Source: Phoronis australis (taxonomy: Eukaryota > Animalia > Phoronida). Taken from it: a DNA stretch of 64,000 nt. The DNA lies in assembly GCA_002633005.1 (NCBI GenBank), contig NMRA01000905.1, forward strand, positions 38,822-102,821, read 5' to 3'. The translations under genes and the position numbers were made by a program. A model generated the notes under the pieces. The model saw nothing but the letters and a program-made list of their open reading frames with translations, searched no databases and was not told the origin of the DNA. Numbering within the stretch: the stretch's first letter is position 1; each line of letters begins with the position of its first letter. Positions 40,443 through 52,951 of the stretch are shown piece after piece.

Positions 40443-41479
40443 GTAAAAATATTCCACGTGTGATATTATAATGATTGTGGTCATGTATGAGCAATATTAT
40501 AGTCAGAGTTTCGGGTTGATATGAGTGACTGAAGAATCCAGACATTTTGTTTTGGACTCGAAATGTCCGAGACAAAAGGTAACAAGTATAGTAACTCCGA
40601 GGGAGCAGTCATTTTTAAGGAAGGTGTTGTAGCAGGGTTTCCAAACTTCGGGTGATGTCTATACCAGGAAAATGAAGAAATGAAGCCCATGTGTTTACCA
40701 AGAGCTAGAATTGTGCTTCGTGTTGTATAGCTATTGAAATAGGTTGGAAACATGACCCTGACCCATCTGGGGAAAGTCTTCTCAACTTATTCACTGTCCT
40801 CCCTGTGACATTTTATAATCGTGTCAGTATTCATACCAAGCAGAGTGTTATACTGAACATTGTGATCAAGGAATACTAGTGATCTATCCCATTTCCAAAT
40901 CCACTTTATCTGAACCAACACCAAAATTTATATCAAAATAACAAGAGAGAGACCCAAATCTACAACAGAAATTTGAAAAATGTACCCCATCTCAGCAGCA
41001 CGTCCCCTCTATCCCCATTACATTGACTGCCCCCTTGGGGTTGTAATGTATTCCTGGAGCAATTGTTGTGGGTGGGCAGGATTTGTTGTGCAAGGCACTT
41101 GCAGACATTTGTGGTTAGAAGTCGTGCTTTTTGGAACAAAGACCATGAATTAAAATTGCAGCCTCACTGACCAGTCACTTCTGTGCAACTGTTTTTAGCT
41201 CACGCTAAGGTCCAGAGCAGACTTGTGAAACACTTGCCTTCCACTTTACTTTGTTTTTATGTGATCTTGCCAAACTAACTCTACAGAACACATGTCTAAA
41301 ATCCGAATTAGCCTTGGGCATGGTACAATACTAGGCTCTAGAACTAGTACACTTGACTGGGTTTTAGTGTCAGGAACTTTTTATTTGTCCGCATATACAT
41401 ACCAGTAATTTGGGTGTATCTTACTGTCATCTCTGTCCGCGCATCTGACGTCTGCTTCTTTATCTCGTAAACACCTTGT

Positions 41480-42350
41480 AGACTCTTCATGAAAATTGGC
41501 AGATGTGTTCCTGTGTTGCTGACAATACCGGGATGGCGGCGACTTTTGGACAGATTTGACGTCCAGTGTGCCACCTAGAGACATTTTTTTCCATTTACCA
41601 GTGTGTATCTACAAAATTTAAGTTCCTAAAGGGAATTTTGTGAAATTAGGCAAATAGATTGCTATTGAGATGACCACACACGGGCTTGTTCATTACCTCT
41701 GTGACCATTTTGATTATTTTCAAGTCTGCATCTCTCTCTCAATTGGCCAAACTACTTAGAGGATCGTTCATGTGTTTCTATCGAAGAGATCACAGCTGAA
41801 GAGATCGCTTCCTTGTCGGAATAATTTTGACGTTTTGTTTTGTCTTGTTTTTTGTCTCTGTCTCAACATTTACCAAGTTCCTGTCTGAAAGCACCTCCCA
41901 GAAGGAACACAATTTTCATTGGACACCATAAACTACACCCAAAAATATAAGTGGCCACTAAGTAGCGTATAATGCGTTGAATCCATCCAAAAATGGGAAG
42001 GTATCACTATCTCTTCAATAGAAACCTATTTGCCAAATGTTTTGAAAATCTGCCAAGGAACTCCGCAGATACAGAGGAAAACTAAAATTGGGGGTGTCAG
42101 CAGAGTGGTTATTGGATTCGTCCAAAAGTCGCCGTGAACTTTCCACTAGGAACAAACATGCCAATTTCCCTAATGATACTTGGGATAGTTTGGCTGGTAG
42201 AAAGATGAATGCCAAAAACAATAAACATGGCCACAAAGTAGACACTGTAGAATACGTCGAAAATGAGAAGACGTCACCAATAGACACCTGTATATCAAAA
42301 GTGAAGACCTTTCCTAGGGGCCACAGCTATTGTTGGAACTGTCCGAAAAA
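41480..42350. repeat. Further decayed copies of the CCACTAGGGGGC-core family
   Basis: gtgccacctagagac (41568), ggccactaagtagcg (41953), tcctagggggccac (42312), aaaatctgccaagga. Confidence 0.55.
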
Positions 42351-42556
42351 ATGCTTGTGCCATTGCATTAATCAATAGGAACATGTCTGCATAATTATAT
42401 AATACATAGTAATGTATGTAGGTCCATAAAAGTGGGGCAAACTTCGGAACATCGTGTTTCACAAATATCTGGTTGTATACAAATGAAACACATACTTTTA
42501 CAGACTTCAATTTTATAGCTTTGTAAATATTTGGCTAACTACACAGATTGCTGATA

Positions 42557-43280
42557 AGGTTGTATGTGAAGGGTATGTGAATAATTGAGTATTGGTTGTA
42601 CGTAAAGGGTATGTGAATAATTGAGTATTGGTTGTACGTAAAGGGTATGTGAATAATTGAGTATTGGTTGTACGTAAAGGGTATGTGAATAATTGAGTAT
42701 TGGTTGTACGTAAAGGGTATGTGAATAATTGAGTATTGGTTGTACGTAAAGGGTATGTGAATAATTGAGTATTGGTTGTACGTAAAGGGTATGTGAATAA
42801 TTGAGTATTGGTTGTACGTAAAGGGTATGTGAATAATTGAGTATTGGTTGTACGTAAAGGGTATGTGAATAATTGAGTATTGGTTGTACGTAAAGGGTAT
42901 GTGAATAATTGAGTATTGGTTGTACGTAAAGGGTATGTGAATAATTGAGTATTGGTTGTACGTAAAGGGTATGTGAATAATTGAGTATTGGTTGTACGTA
43001 AAGGGTATGTGAATAATTGAGTATTGGTTGTACGTAAAGGGTATGTGAATAATTGAGTATTGGTTGTACGTAAAGGGTATGTGAATAATTGAGTATTGGT
43101 TGTACGTAAAGGGTATGTGAATAATTGAGTATTGGTTGTACGTAAAGGGTATGTGAATAATTGAGTATTGGTTGTACGTAAAGGGTATGTGAATAATTGA
43201 GTATTGGTTGTACATAAAGGGTATGTGAATAATTGAGTATTGGTTGTACATAAAGGATATGTGAATAATTGAGTATTGGT
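42557..43280. repeat. Homogeneous 36-bp minisatellite, about 20 copies
   Basis: Unit AAAGGGTATGTGAATAATTGAGTATTGGTTGTACGT, nearly invariant except at the edges. Confidence 0.97.
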
Positions 43281-43492
43281 TTTAAAAAACAAATTTTTGA
43301 AAAATTAAGGGGTGAGTGTTTAGCCAAACATAAGCCATAACCTGGACAAGTATGGTGTAAAAAAATACTTCTTACTGCTTGTATTGCTATTCCCTGTGGT
43401 TTGTAAAGAGAGTTAAAGTTGATATCAAAACCTGTAATATCTCCTTGGTCTAGTGACAAGGTGCGTAAAAACAAGCACCGGGATACCTTACT

Positions 43493-44225
43493 CTAGGAAG
43501 CAATATCTTCTGTGCGTGTTTCGTACTCTGGTTGTGGTTGGGAAGAGAGTGCATTTGGATTGACATATTCATCCATAACTTGTCTCTTCACTTTCACACG
43601 GGCTCTTTGATTGTTTACATACATCGAGTCCCTGGTGTTGTTATCTTGTGAGATGGTGTCCTCTTCACTGGGGTGTATGCAATGATCCATAACAAGAGTC
43701 TCATCAGTTGGCCGGATGTATTCATCTGCAACTACATTGGAGTTGGTAGTTCTGGTCTTATCAGGTGTGTCACAGTCTAGGATGATGTATTGATGGTCCA
43801 TAACTGCTTCCTCATTTTTGATTGTTCCACTGTAGCTGGGCCTAGAGTTGATGTATTCAGCAGTGTGGTTGTCATTGGTAGACGATGCATCCTGATACAA
43901 GTCTGTTGAAAGATTTGTCACATTACCTTTAATCTGAACTAGATTTTGATAATTTACATCGGTATATAAACAGCTAGTAAATGCCTGGCCACAGCCCTCG
44001 CTTGGTTCCTTCTCCAAGTCACCTTGGGTTGTAGTATTAGCGTCGTTTAGTAGATATATGTAGCTATGATCAGTGGTGCCCATGTATGTGTAGTCACCAG
44101 GCACCTCTTCATAATCATTGTCCTGAATGATGCTGTAAGCACCAGTCCGTGGCGGTGGTTGAGGGGCCATCTTGTATGCTGCAGCTGCTGTTGATCTGCT
44201 GGTTGTCGCATACGACATGTTCCTC
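43493..44225 (-). CDS. Orphan single-pass receptor, terminal exon: Tyr-rich cytoplasmic tail
   Basis: ctacag|RRNMSY...; 733 nt, phase 2 joins the TM exon; 18 Tyr including YEEV, YTYM, VNYQNL, YINS, YIRP, YVNN and YVNP. Confidence 0.8.
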
Positions 44226-44667
44226 CTGTAGTACAATAAATGAGAAGTTCCATCGTGTTATGCTTTGTGTTGGATCATAGAAGAAGCTTGTTTTTGCAGA
44301 TTGTGCAACTACTAAGCAAAAGAATCTTGTCTGTCCAAACACAAAAATTTGGACAAAAGTAATTGTTAAAATTGCTCATTGATTTTTTGAGGCCTTCTAA
44401 CAATTTTGTAAATGCTCAAAATATTGTCACGTGGTATGTGTGTTACAGAACTTGTAAAGCATTAGCTTGGTTCGACATATCTTTTAATAGAAAAATAAAA
44501 TTTGACCTGTTGTCCATGTTGTGTCCTAAACTGGTGACATTGTACCGCGAATAGTTTCAAATGGGTTGGAAATTATTATTTTATTAAGATGTTTTAAGAA
44601 ATTTGGAGAAATGTGACACTTTGTAACAAAGTATGCAGATAACCTTAATGTATACCAATATACCAAC

Positions 44668-44764
44668 CTTCTGAGACACACCACGGTGACCACAATTATT
44701 GTTATTATTGATACTGATGTAATCCATGGTGTGATGATAAGTCCCAAATCTAGGCTTCCAGTTT
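44668..44764 (-). CDS. Orphan receptor, transmembrane exon
   Basis: tgacag|ETGSLDLGLIITPWITSVSIITIIVVTVVCLRR|gttggt; hydrophobic span followed by a basic stop-transfer. Confidence 0.8.
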
Positions 44765-45776
44765 CTGTCAAAAAACATTCAAGGATATTAATTGGTAATA
44801 AATTATGCAGTCGTGGAGAAGGTGATGTTTTTCAAAATGAAATAAATAAGGTTTAAAATGAAGTTTACTTGTTTTAAAGTATTGTTTTGTGAATTAGAAT
44901 GAATAAATAATCATAATCTGCAATAAAAAAAAATTGACCTAATTTTAACCGATAGCGACTGTTTGCAGTCTTGTCAGGAAATAGAGTTTCCGACTTAAGA
45001 CTCATTTTGTCGTGGTGGGTCACAATTGTCCTTTTTATTAAACCATGATCGACACTTTAAACCAGTTCTTACGTACAAGTTAAACTCACGTGCATGCACA
45101 AGTACACTATAATGGTAATATCTCACCAATTTCCAACAGATATTTGTCAAATTGATCTTATTCGTTTTCAGTGGTTTCTAACATTTTTGTGAATGCCTAC
45201 AGTTTCTAAAATCATTGTCTGATGGTAGCTTTGGTATGATGCATTTATTTGGTGCTACAAGAAAGAAGTGCAAAAAATAAAATTTTACTTGTGTGTCATG
45301 TGTTGTTATTTTGAGAACCAGTTTGATGCCTGTTCTTTTGTGGCGAAAACTAATTCTCAAAATGCGGGTATATTGTATCCTACTATTACATCTAAATCAG
45401 TTTCATTTTACCATATTTCATGAGAATTTTGTTGTTTGGTGGATGGCTAGGAATAGCCTGTGAATGACAGCTGTCAGACCACTCCTTGGACAGCACGTGG
45501 GACAACACTGACACTGCGAGCTTGATGCTTAAATAGTGCAAATTACACGAGTGTATAATGGAATACACTTTGTTCATATTCAGTATGCATGAGGTAAAAA
45601 TGAAATCTGACTTTGCACTCTGGTTTCAGATGCTTAGCTGAACAGTGTGCGTCTACACAATTTTTTTGGCAAAATTTGTTATGGGTACTTATCGTGAGTA
45701 TTGGTCGAATGGTTGTGGGTACGATAACGTTATCATTGAGTTAAGCAAACCTAGAACCTGTAACTACAAACCTTAC

Positions 45777-45896
45777 CTTGTGTTGTGGTCATAAATGGTG
45801 AGATGGTTGGTGGTGTCTGGGGTCCACCAATCACTGACGTCATAACCCAACAGCTTACTTGAATTGGTTTGGTTCTTAAATTCCGTTTTCGGCGAT
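45777..45896 (-). CDS. Orphan receptor, stalk exon
   Basis: aaacag|DRRKRNLRTKPIQVSCWVMTSVIGGPQTPPTISPFMTTTQ|gtaagg; 120 nt, phases 1/1; RRKR plus a Pro/Thr-rich stalk. Confidence 0.7.
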
Positions 45897-46840
45897 CTGT
45901 TTTGAAACAAATTAACCACAAACATTTACAAGGAAGTAAACTGGGTATTAGGTAATCTTCCTTGATTGTTATATTGTAACAGAAAATTATTCAGTATTAA
46001 TTGTGAAAAGCGTCTCAAAACATTAAATCTGCATTTTTCTCTTGTTTAGCAGGCGAAAAAACAAAAATTGAATGAGGCCTTTTTCTTTCTGCATAAAATT
46101 TGTCCCATAATAATATTCCTTATTGTGATGGGATGCTATCACAATACCAAATGTTATAGTACCAATTTTATGAGAGTAAAAGGCATAATTTAATTAATTT
46201 TAATTTTTTTCTAGTCACTGAGCTAAACAGGGTGAAACGTAGATTTAGCTACAGTCTTTCTATCACTTGACAATATTTGGCTGTGACTGATTTTTTCAAG
46301 TTCCAAATCTCCTTTGTGAGAGAAGATTACGACAAGGATGGGGGCAGCATTAAAATTAGGAGAGATGTCGTGCTCTGGAAGAGCTTCCTTACTGTTTTTT
46401 CACATTCATATCTCAATCGATTTAGTGTTGATAAATTGAAAATTTGTTTTAAAAATCTTTTGACTGATACAGAAGTAACTGTTTTAAGCGTATACTCGAG
46501 GAAACTAAACATAAATTACAATCAAGAGACTTGTGTGATTTTACTGTCATACAACAGAAAAAAAAACTTTTATGTGACTATTGTTCATAACTTTGGGAGT
46601 GATGTCAATTAATTAGAAACACTAATTCCGACATTTGTGGAAATCACCATACAGTTAATGAAAATTTTGATTAAAAAGAAGCCTGGCTATACTGGTAAAC
46701 TAGATAAATTCACTAAAAGTGGTGGTAAGAACAGGCCTTGGCTCATGTTTGAAATACTCTGCTATGTTGGCAAGTGCTGTTTCTGTTTTAACAATTTGTT
46801 GCAAGACAAATACTAGCAATTACTGAGCTTGGAGAATTAC

Positions 46841-47251
46841 CTTTGATTGACAGTCTGAATCTTCCACCATTTGTATTAGCTCTTGATGTGAATTGTATTA
46901 AAACTTTGGTCGTATTTTGGAAAACTCTGGAATACACGGTCAGATTTTTAAGATCATTGCATTGGTATTCATGTCTCTGTTGTATCCTTTGATTCGGGGA
47001 TTGTTTAGCCTGTTGCCTTCTTGGGGAACTGTAGCTAGTGATAACTAGCTGTTGTGTGTTCTGTGACGGACAGTTCTCTGACTTTTTATGAAGTACTTCT
47101 TGAATTTTGTGGTTCATAGGGCCTTCTGTAGCCAGTTCGCATTGGCAGCTGATGTCGGTAATCTCATTGACTTCATTAGGCCATCCTGGGCTTGCTAGAT
47201 TTACCACCTGTTTGGTTGCTGTGATGTTAGAACAAATGTCAGTGACATTTT
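46841..47251 (-). CDS. Orphan receptor, CUB-like exon
   Basis: ttgcag|ENVTDICSNITATKQVVNLASPGWPN...SCQCEL...LIQFTSRANTNGGRFRLSIK|gtaatt; SPGWP and F-T-S..G.F.L CUB-like hallmarks; phases 1/1. Confidence 0.75.
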
Positions 47252-48173
47252 CTGCAAAGGAAATGACAGTGTCATGCTTGAGAAATTAATGTATATCTGG
47301 ACTGCTTGAATGGATTGAGAGGGAGGGGTTGATAGTGTTGATGATAGGTATTTCTTAATACACAGCAGTATGCTTCCTTTGGTGCAGAATTAGAAATATC
47401 TTACCTATAATTTAAGACATACTATGGCGGATAATGAAATTTCACAGTTTTTATTGAGAAATTGGAATATAACAGTGCCTTTAGCTACTGCTAGGCAATG
47501 TTTTGAGGAATTGTGGACTTCACAACAATGCTACAATAAAACCTATGAAATGTAAAAAGATCAATTTTGGCAATTATTTTTCCTTGAATTGGTGAGATAT
47601 TACTATGGCTATCAATATTTTTGTACATTCAATCATCAGTTTTCATGAGCGTCTTCAGACTGCATCTCTGTTACAAAACATTACCCCTGGAGTGCTTAAA
47701 CCAATTTTATGTTGTTGACTGGCTGGTTTTTCGCCAACATATATTGAGAAATATGCATGCATTGTTGCTATCCAATGTGATGTTAGAGAACATGGCAAAA
47801 GTTATCAGACAAAAGCTGTTTCCCCATCGTGACGGTTAATTTTGTTAACGGTAAAAATTACAGGTAAACACTATTATGAGAGTAAGCAGTCTAACTACAG
47901 AATACCTTAGCTAACTTATTAACTTTCTTGTTAATTCCATTTTATCCTCAATCATGAGGGAAGGCTACTCTAATGAAGAGTTTGTCTTCCATCCAGCTTT
48001 CGTGACAGGGAATTATGGGTTATTTTGTCTGAATACTTTTGGTAGGTACCAAAAATAAACCCTAGCATAGCATTTTCTATCAAAAAGTAAGAGTTACCCT
48101 AAATGAGAATACCCATAGGGTTTTTACTGATAAATAGAACATTCATGGATATTCAGATAATTATTTTACATAC

Positions 48174-48476
48174 CCTGCACCACACATCTGTACCCTATAT
48201 CCACTGCATTAATGAGCGTTGTTGAACCATTGCTACCTGGGCACTGCTGGGTGATGCCCAGTTGAAGTCCCTTCGCTGCACATCTGGTTAGCCCAGAGCA
48301 GTTGCCAGCTACCTCCAATGCATACTCATTGTCAGGTAACCCATTACATAACTGGTATTCCGTTTTGCCGATTTTATGACATTGGTGAGATGACCTGATC
48401 AGAGTTTTTTCAATTTCCATATGTTTACCCTTGGAACAGTTCAACTGTATTTCTTCACCAGCACATCCGTGTTTCC
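48174..48476 (-). CDS. Orphan receptor, SUEL/Gal_Lectin-like exon
   Basis: atgcag|GKHGCAGEEIQLNCSKG...C...C...VAGNCSGLTRC...CPG...IGYRCVVQ|gtatgt; 8 Cys in SUEL-like spacing; phases 1/1. Confidence 0.75.
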
Positions 48477-48879
48477 CTGCATTGAAACACAAGAAAAATG
48501 AGGGTTTTTACAACCAAGGATGCAAAACAGTTATTGTTTTATGGAATTCACATTCTGACTTCACAGAATTTTTAATACTTAAAGCTGTCAATCCAAATTT
48601 CTTCTTTTTGATATTCGTTATTAAGAGCAGTAATAATTTTATTTACTAATATATTTATTTATTCATTTATCTATTTTAATTCAATTATCATTCATGTGGT
48701 CTCATTAAAAGTTGTTCAACTCATTTTCACTATTTTTAGTGTTTCACTTTTTTAAGATTATGTTAGTCCTTATCGACAAATCTGTGCATTCAGACATAAA
48801 TCAACAAAACCCAGAAAATTTAATTTAAGTCATTAAAATTACGATGATTCTCCACTTCATTTGCCTAAAATAAATTGAA

Positions 48880-50710
48880 AACGAGCCACTCGGCGAAATT
48901 GACTGAAAGAATATTGAATGATAAATGGCAATGGAGATGATGACAGTTATGATGATAATCATGGTGGCGATGATGAACATGATGATAACAATCATAAGAC
49001 GAATGAAGGTGCCAGAAATGAGTAAGAAATAGGCTACAGTCTTGTTAAATAGGAGGTAAACCAAAAAAAGAGCAGCAAAAATCAGTCCGACAATGAAGGA
49101 ACAGCGCCATCAGAAAATTACGAATAATTCGTAAAAGAGACGTCGTAGTTAAAAATAGAAAAATCTCGTGAAAGCCTGTTTAAAACTCTATGTAGCAGAC
49201 TATGTAACAGAGTAGTTTCACAAAATTCCGCTAAATTTTTGAAAATATTCAAATTTCTTTTTGAAATTGAAAGTCATATACTCAAAAACAGTAAGTCTGA
49301 GAAAAAATTATTACTGTTCATTTGAAAGAGTATACCTTAAAGAATCCTCATGCTAAAATTCACGTAATTTCTCTTCCTGTTCAAAATGACATCTCAGCAA
49401 GATTGAAAAGTGAAGAAAATGTGTCAGATCCGCCATTTTGAAATCTAACTTCCGGTTAAGCAGCATTTGATAAATTATAGTTACTCACAGGAAACTAACA
49501 CATGAGAAATTTGGAAGCAAGTGGTTCTACAATGCGCCCTCTACAGTTCAAAACGTTTTGTCCTGAAATCGAGGTGCCCAAACACAATGGCCGATATTTC
49601 CGCCATCGTTGACCAAAAAATTAACGATTTGGGGCACATGTGTAGTACACATCTGCTATAATAAGCCGTGTACGTCAAAAATTGCGGCCTCTATGAGCTT
49701 TTGAATCTGAATTCGAAAACAAAATCTACCATCTTGAATCCGATGATGACGAAAAAAGTAAGTTTCGAGCTATTTCAGAGCTAGGGGTTGTTTTTGAATC
49801 GGATGGAAAATACCACCTGTAGTGTGCGAACAAACAAAAAATCTTCGAGTCTCTACAGGTCGCAATTTTTGTCCGATTTTCACGAAATTTGTACACGATG
49901 TGTCGATTGGAAAGTCCTGGAAGCCTATTGTTTTTGGTCGTGATCGGATTCAAAATGGGCGGACGTGGCAGCCATTTTGTTTCCGATTTCACATTCAAAT
50001 GCTCATAGAGGCCGCATTCTTTGACGTACAGAGCTGGAACTTGATACGATTATTATAGAATACATGTGCTAGAACTGTGCCGATAAACGTTTACTTCCGG
50101 TTAAAGATGGCGGAAATATTGACAATGGTGCATGCGCACCTTGATATGTGGCCAAAAACGTTTTCTCCTGTAGATGGCAGCTCTGGCGCATTTTCACCCA
50201 TTTTCAATCATTCTGCTGTCGCATTTTTTAACGGGAAGAACAAACGCATTTTTAACGGGAAAAGCAAATGACGTGAATTTTTGCATGTGGATTCCTTGAA
50301 GTATGATCTTTCAAAAGATGTGGAATAACGTTTTTCTCAGACTTACCGTTTTCAAGTTATTTGACTTTGAATTTCAAAAACAAAAACGCAAAATTTCAAT
50401 TTTTTCGAAAAAATTATGGAATGTTGCGAAACTATCAATTTAGATAGAGTTTGGAACGGGCTTTCAGTAGAAGTTTTCCATTTTTCGCTAGGACGTCTAC
50501 TTTTCAAATTATTTGAGATTTTCTGATAGCGCTGTTCCTTTGTTGAGCACTCTTACTGCATTGATGTTGGTTTAGTTTATTTGAACAAGACTAGCTTATT
50601 TCTTTCCAATTTACGACATCTAAGTTCGTCGTATGAATGTTATGACGTTGTTCATCATCGCCACCCTCAACATCACAATCATCATTGTCATTAATTTTAC
50701 CTATTGTCGC
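48880..50710. mobile_element. ~1.8-kb degenerate foldback element; partial arm copies at ~51200-51335 and ~53105-53590
   Basis: 48880-49380 is the reverse complement of ~50270-50710; 49545-49725 (gtacgtcaaa...gcggcctctatgagc) is the reverse complement of 49975-50165. Confidence 0.75.
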
Positions 50711-52347
50711 TCAAGACTGTAGGTAGCACTGAACAATCAGGCCACGGCCACGGAGCATTTTCTAGTCCCTAGAATTTATGTTGAGGCCGTGTGTCAGGTT
50801 TGGCGGGTGGTTTGAGGAAATTGTTGACAACAATTGCCAGGAAACTTATTTACTTGTGTTTTTGAATGAGAAAAGCCAAGTTTTACCTACTTTTGATGCA
50901 AACTGGTGGCTGTCATTTGCTATCAACCCCTGTTGTCTGCTGTCCGAGAGAGCGGTTGCGATTTCAGGTGGCTGTCAGACAGATCAAATTTGTCAAAAAA
51001 GTACCTGGTAAGAGGCTATGACCACATAGTTAAAGTCTAGTGAGGACGAGCATTCTGAATCTGTAGTCAGACTTCTTTCTAGCACTTGCAGGGAAGTGTT
51101 TATTTCGGGGAGAAAATTGTCAAATTTGGCGTTTTTGCAAATAGTTTTGTGTGCCGAGATTTTCTTGCCATGTATATTAACCGATCAGAAATCTGTTCAG
51201 TTGAATAGAGTTTTAAACGGGCTTTCATAAGATATTTTTCATTTCTCGCTAGTCGTCATGACCGTCGTCGTCATCCTCCCCATCGTCCTGTTTTTGTGTA
51301 ATTTTGCCAAGTGTCGCTCCTCCGAGCGCTCTCGTTTGTTTTACATACATCAATAATAGATGTAGACCCTATTCACACCAACAGGAGGCACGTTCCAAAA
51401 CGAGGCTCGCTACGATAGCTCTGGTAGCTTATCCGCGTAGTTGTACTCCGCATAATGCTCGAACAGCTAGAAAAAATACGACACTCAACTGTCTGTTTCA
51501 CAATCCCCAAGGACGTTGGGATTCGGAAGCGTTGGGTCCTTGCCATACGCCGCGACGAAGGAAAATATGTCCGTGTAAAATTTATAACTGATTTCAAATC
51601 ATAATTTGTCGCATCTTGGATGTCTCCATAGCAACAAGGATCGGAGAATCTTCAGCCAGCCAGGCTGTGTTTTCATGAATATGGGTTAAAGCTCGATGCA
51701 TTTTTCTTTACAAAAAGGACAGGGCCCTCAATCCCTCAGTTTTGGGGCCAAATATCTGCCCTATTCCCCTCAACAATATTGAAAAATCATGCGAAATTCC
51801 CGGTCCCACGAGGCCTAAAAATTCCCTTAGTGATTGAAAATTTATCTCCACCGGTTCAAATCAGCTGTGACCACAGAGGTGACAATTTGAAAAAGTACAA
51901 AATCAAAGGCCCGGCCCCCCTTGACTGCCACAAGCAAAATAAACCAGCAAAACGTGATTCGGGAGGAAATACTGAGGACCGGCAGAGGACAAGGGGGGAA
52001 ACACGTTTTTTTAGTCCAGCGATAGATTTCCTGAGCAGAAGGTATACATCCTCGGCGCCCACAACTTCTGGGCCGCCTGCGTGCATACAGTCGCACTCTG
52101 CCCGCTTCTTCGAGGATGTCGGCCCCCCCTCATGGTATCTTGAATCAACCACTGAAAATGCTACTTGCGACAGAGCTATGAGAGCTTGGAACAGGGCGGG
52201 GTGCTATAAATTGGTGATTGGGAGGTCCATAGATTTTTCACTGATCCATCACTCGGCGAAACGTTCCCTTCTTAGAAGGACGCACAGGTACCTTTACCCT
52301 CGGATATGAACGAGGCCTCTGAAGAAACATGATAACTACGCTTGTTC

Positions 52348-52504
52348 CAAGGGGGATCCAGGACTTTGAGTTGGGGGGGGGCAAGGCAGAGTATTAGCCA
52401 GGATTTTGCCTGTTAGACATTCGCGCTCCTGAACTGCCAAATGGAATCTTTGAGAATTTTAGAGGGGGCATGGCCCCCTTGGCTCCTCTCTAAATCCGCC
52501 ACTG
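52348..52504. mobile_element. 157-bp MITE, 5-bp TSD TGTTC (GGCGGAT-type termini)
   Basis: TGTTC|CAAGGGGGATCCAGG...CTAAATCCGCCACTG|TGTTC. Confidence 0.8.
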
Positions 52505-52821
52505 TGTTCCGTCCAGTTAACAGAAATTGAGCTCTAAAACGAGGTTATGCTTTGAATGAAAGAATCAGGTGTTTTAATTTTAAAATTCAACTTGGTCGAG
52601 ATTGATATTTGAAAAATATAACACATGAAATAGACGTAATTATTAAAACCAAGAAAGCAGTATTGATGGTCATATAATTGCGAGCCTGGATTTTTTTATC
52701 TTAATCAAAATATATATTTAAAAACATCAAGTATTATTTCAGATCAATGACAAATCAACTATTAGTCCCGGTAGTGCCTACCTCAACAGGACCTAGGCTA
52801 TGCTTGAAGCTACTGGCCTAC

Positions 52822-52951
52822 TCTTGATCAACAAATTAAACCAGATGTGACTAATTGCACATGACAGCAAAATGCTATGAGCCACCACTGTCGAATATAT
52901 CTTCAACTTGTCAACAATACAACCAGATGACCTGGTTTGTGTAGAAAGCAT
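52822..52951 (-). CDS. Candidate first (signal-peptide) exon of the orphan receptor
   Basis: MLSTQ...IYSTVVAHSILLSCAISHIWFNLLIK A|gtaggc; phase 1 as required; hydrophobic stretch, but the donor is weak. Confidence 0.3.

Noticed and set aside
42513-43474. Three long overlapping minus-strand ORFs (238-311 aa) and a CRISPR-like appearance
   Set aside because: They are translations of the 36-bp minisatellite; the units are contiguous with no unique spacers, there are no cas genes, and the DNA is eukaryotic
51779-52309. 176-aa ORF with overlapping antisense ORFs
   Set aside because: TTG start, locally GC-richer repeat-like DNA, no recognisable protein features
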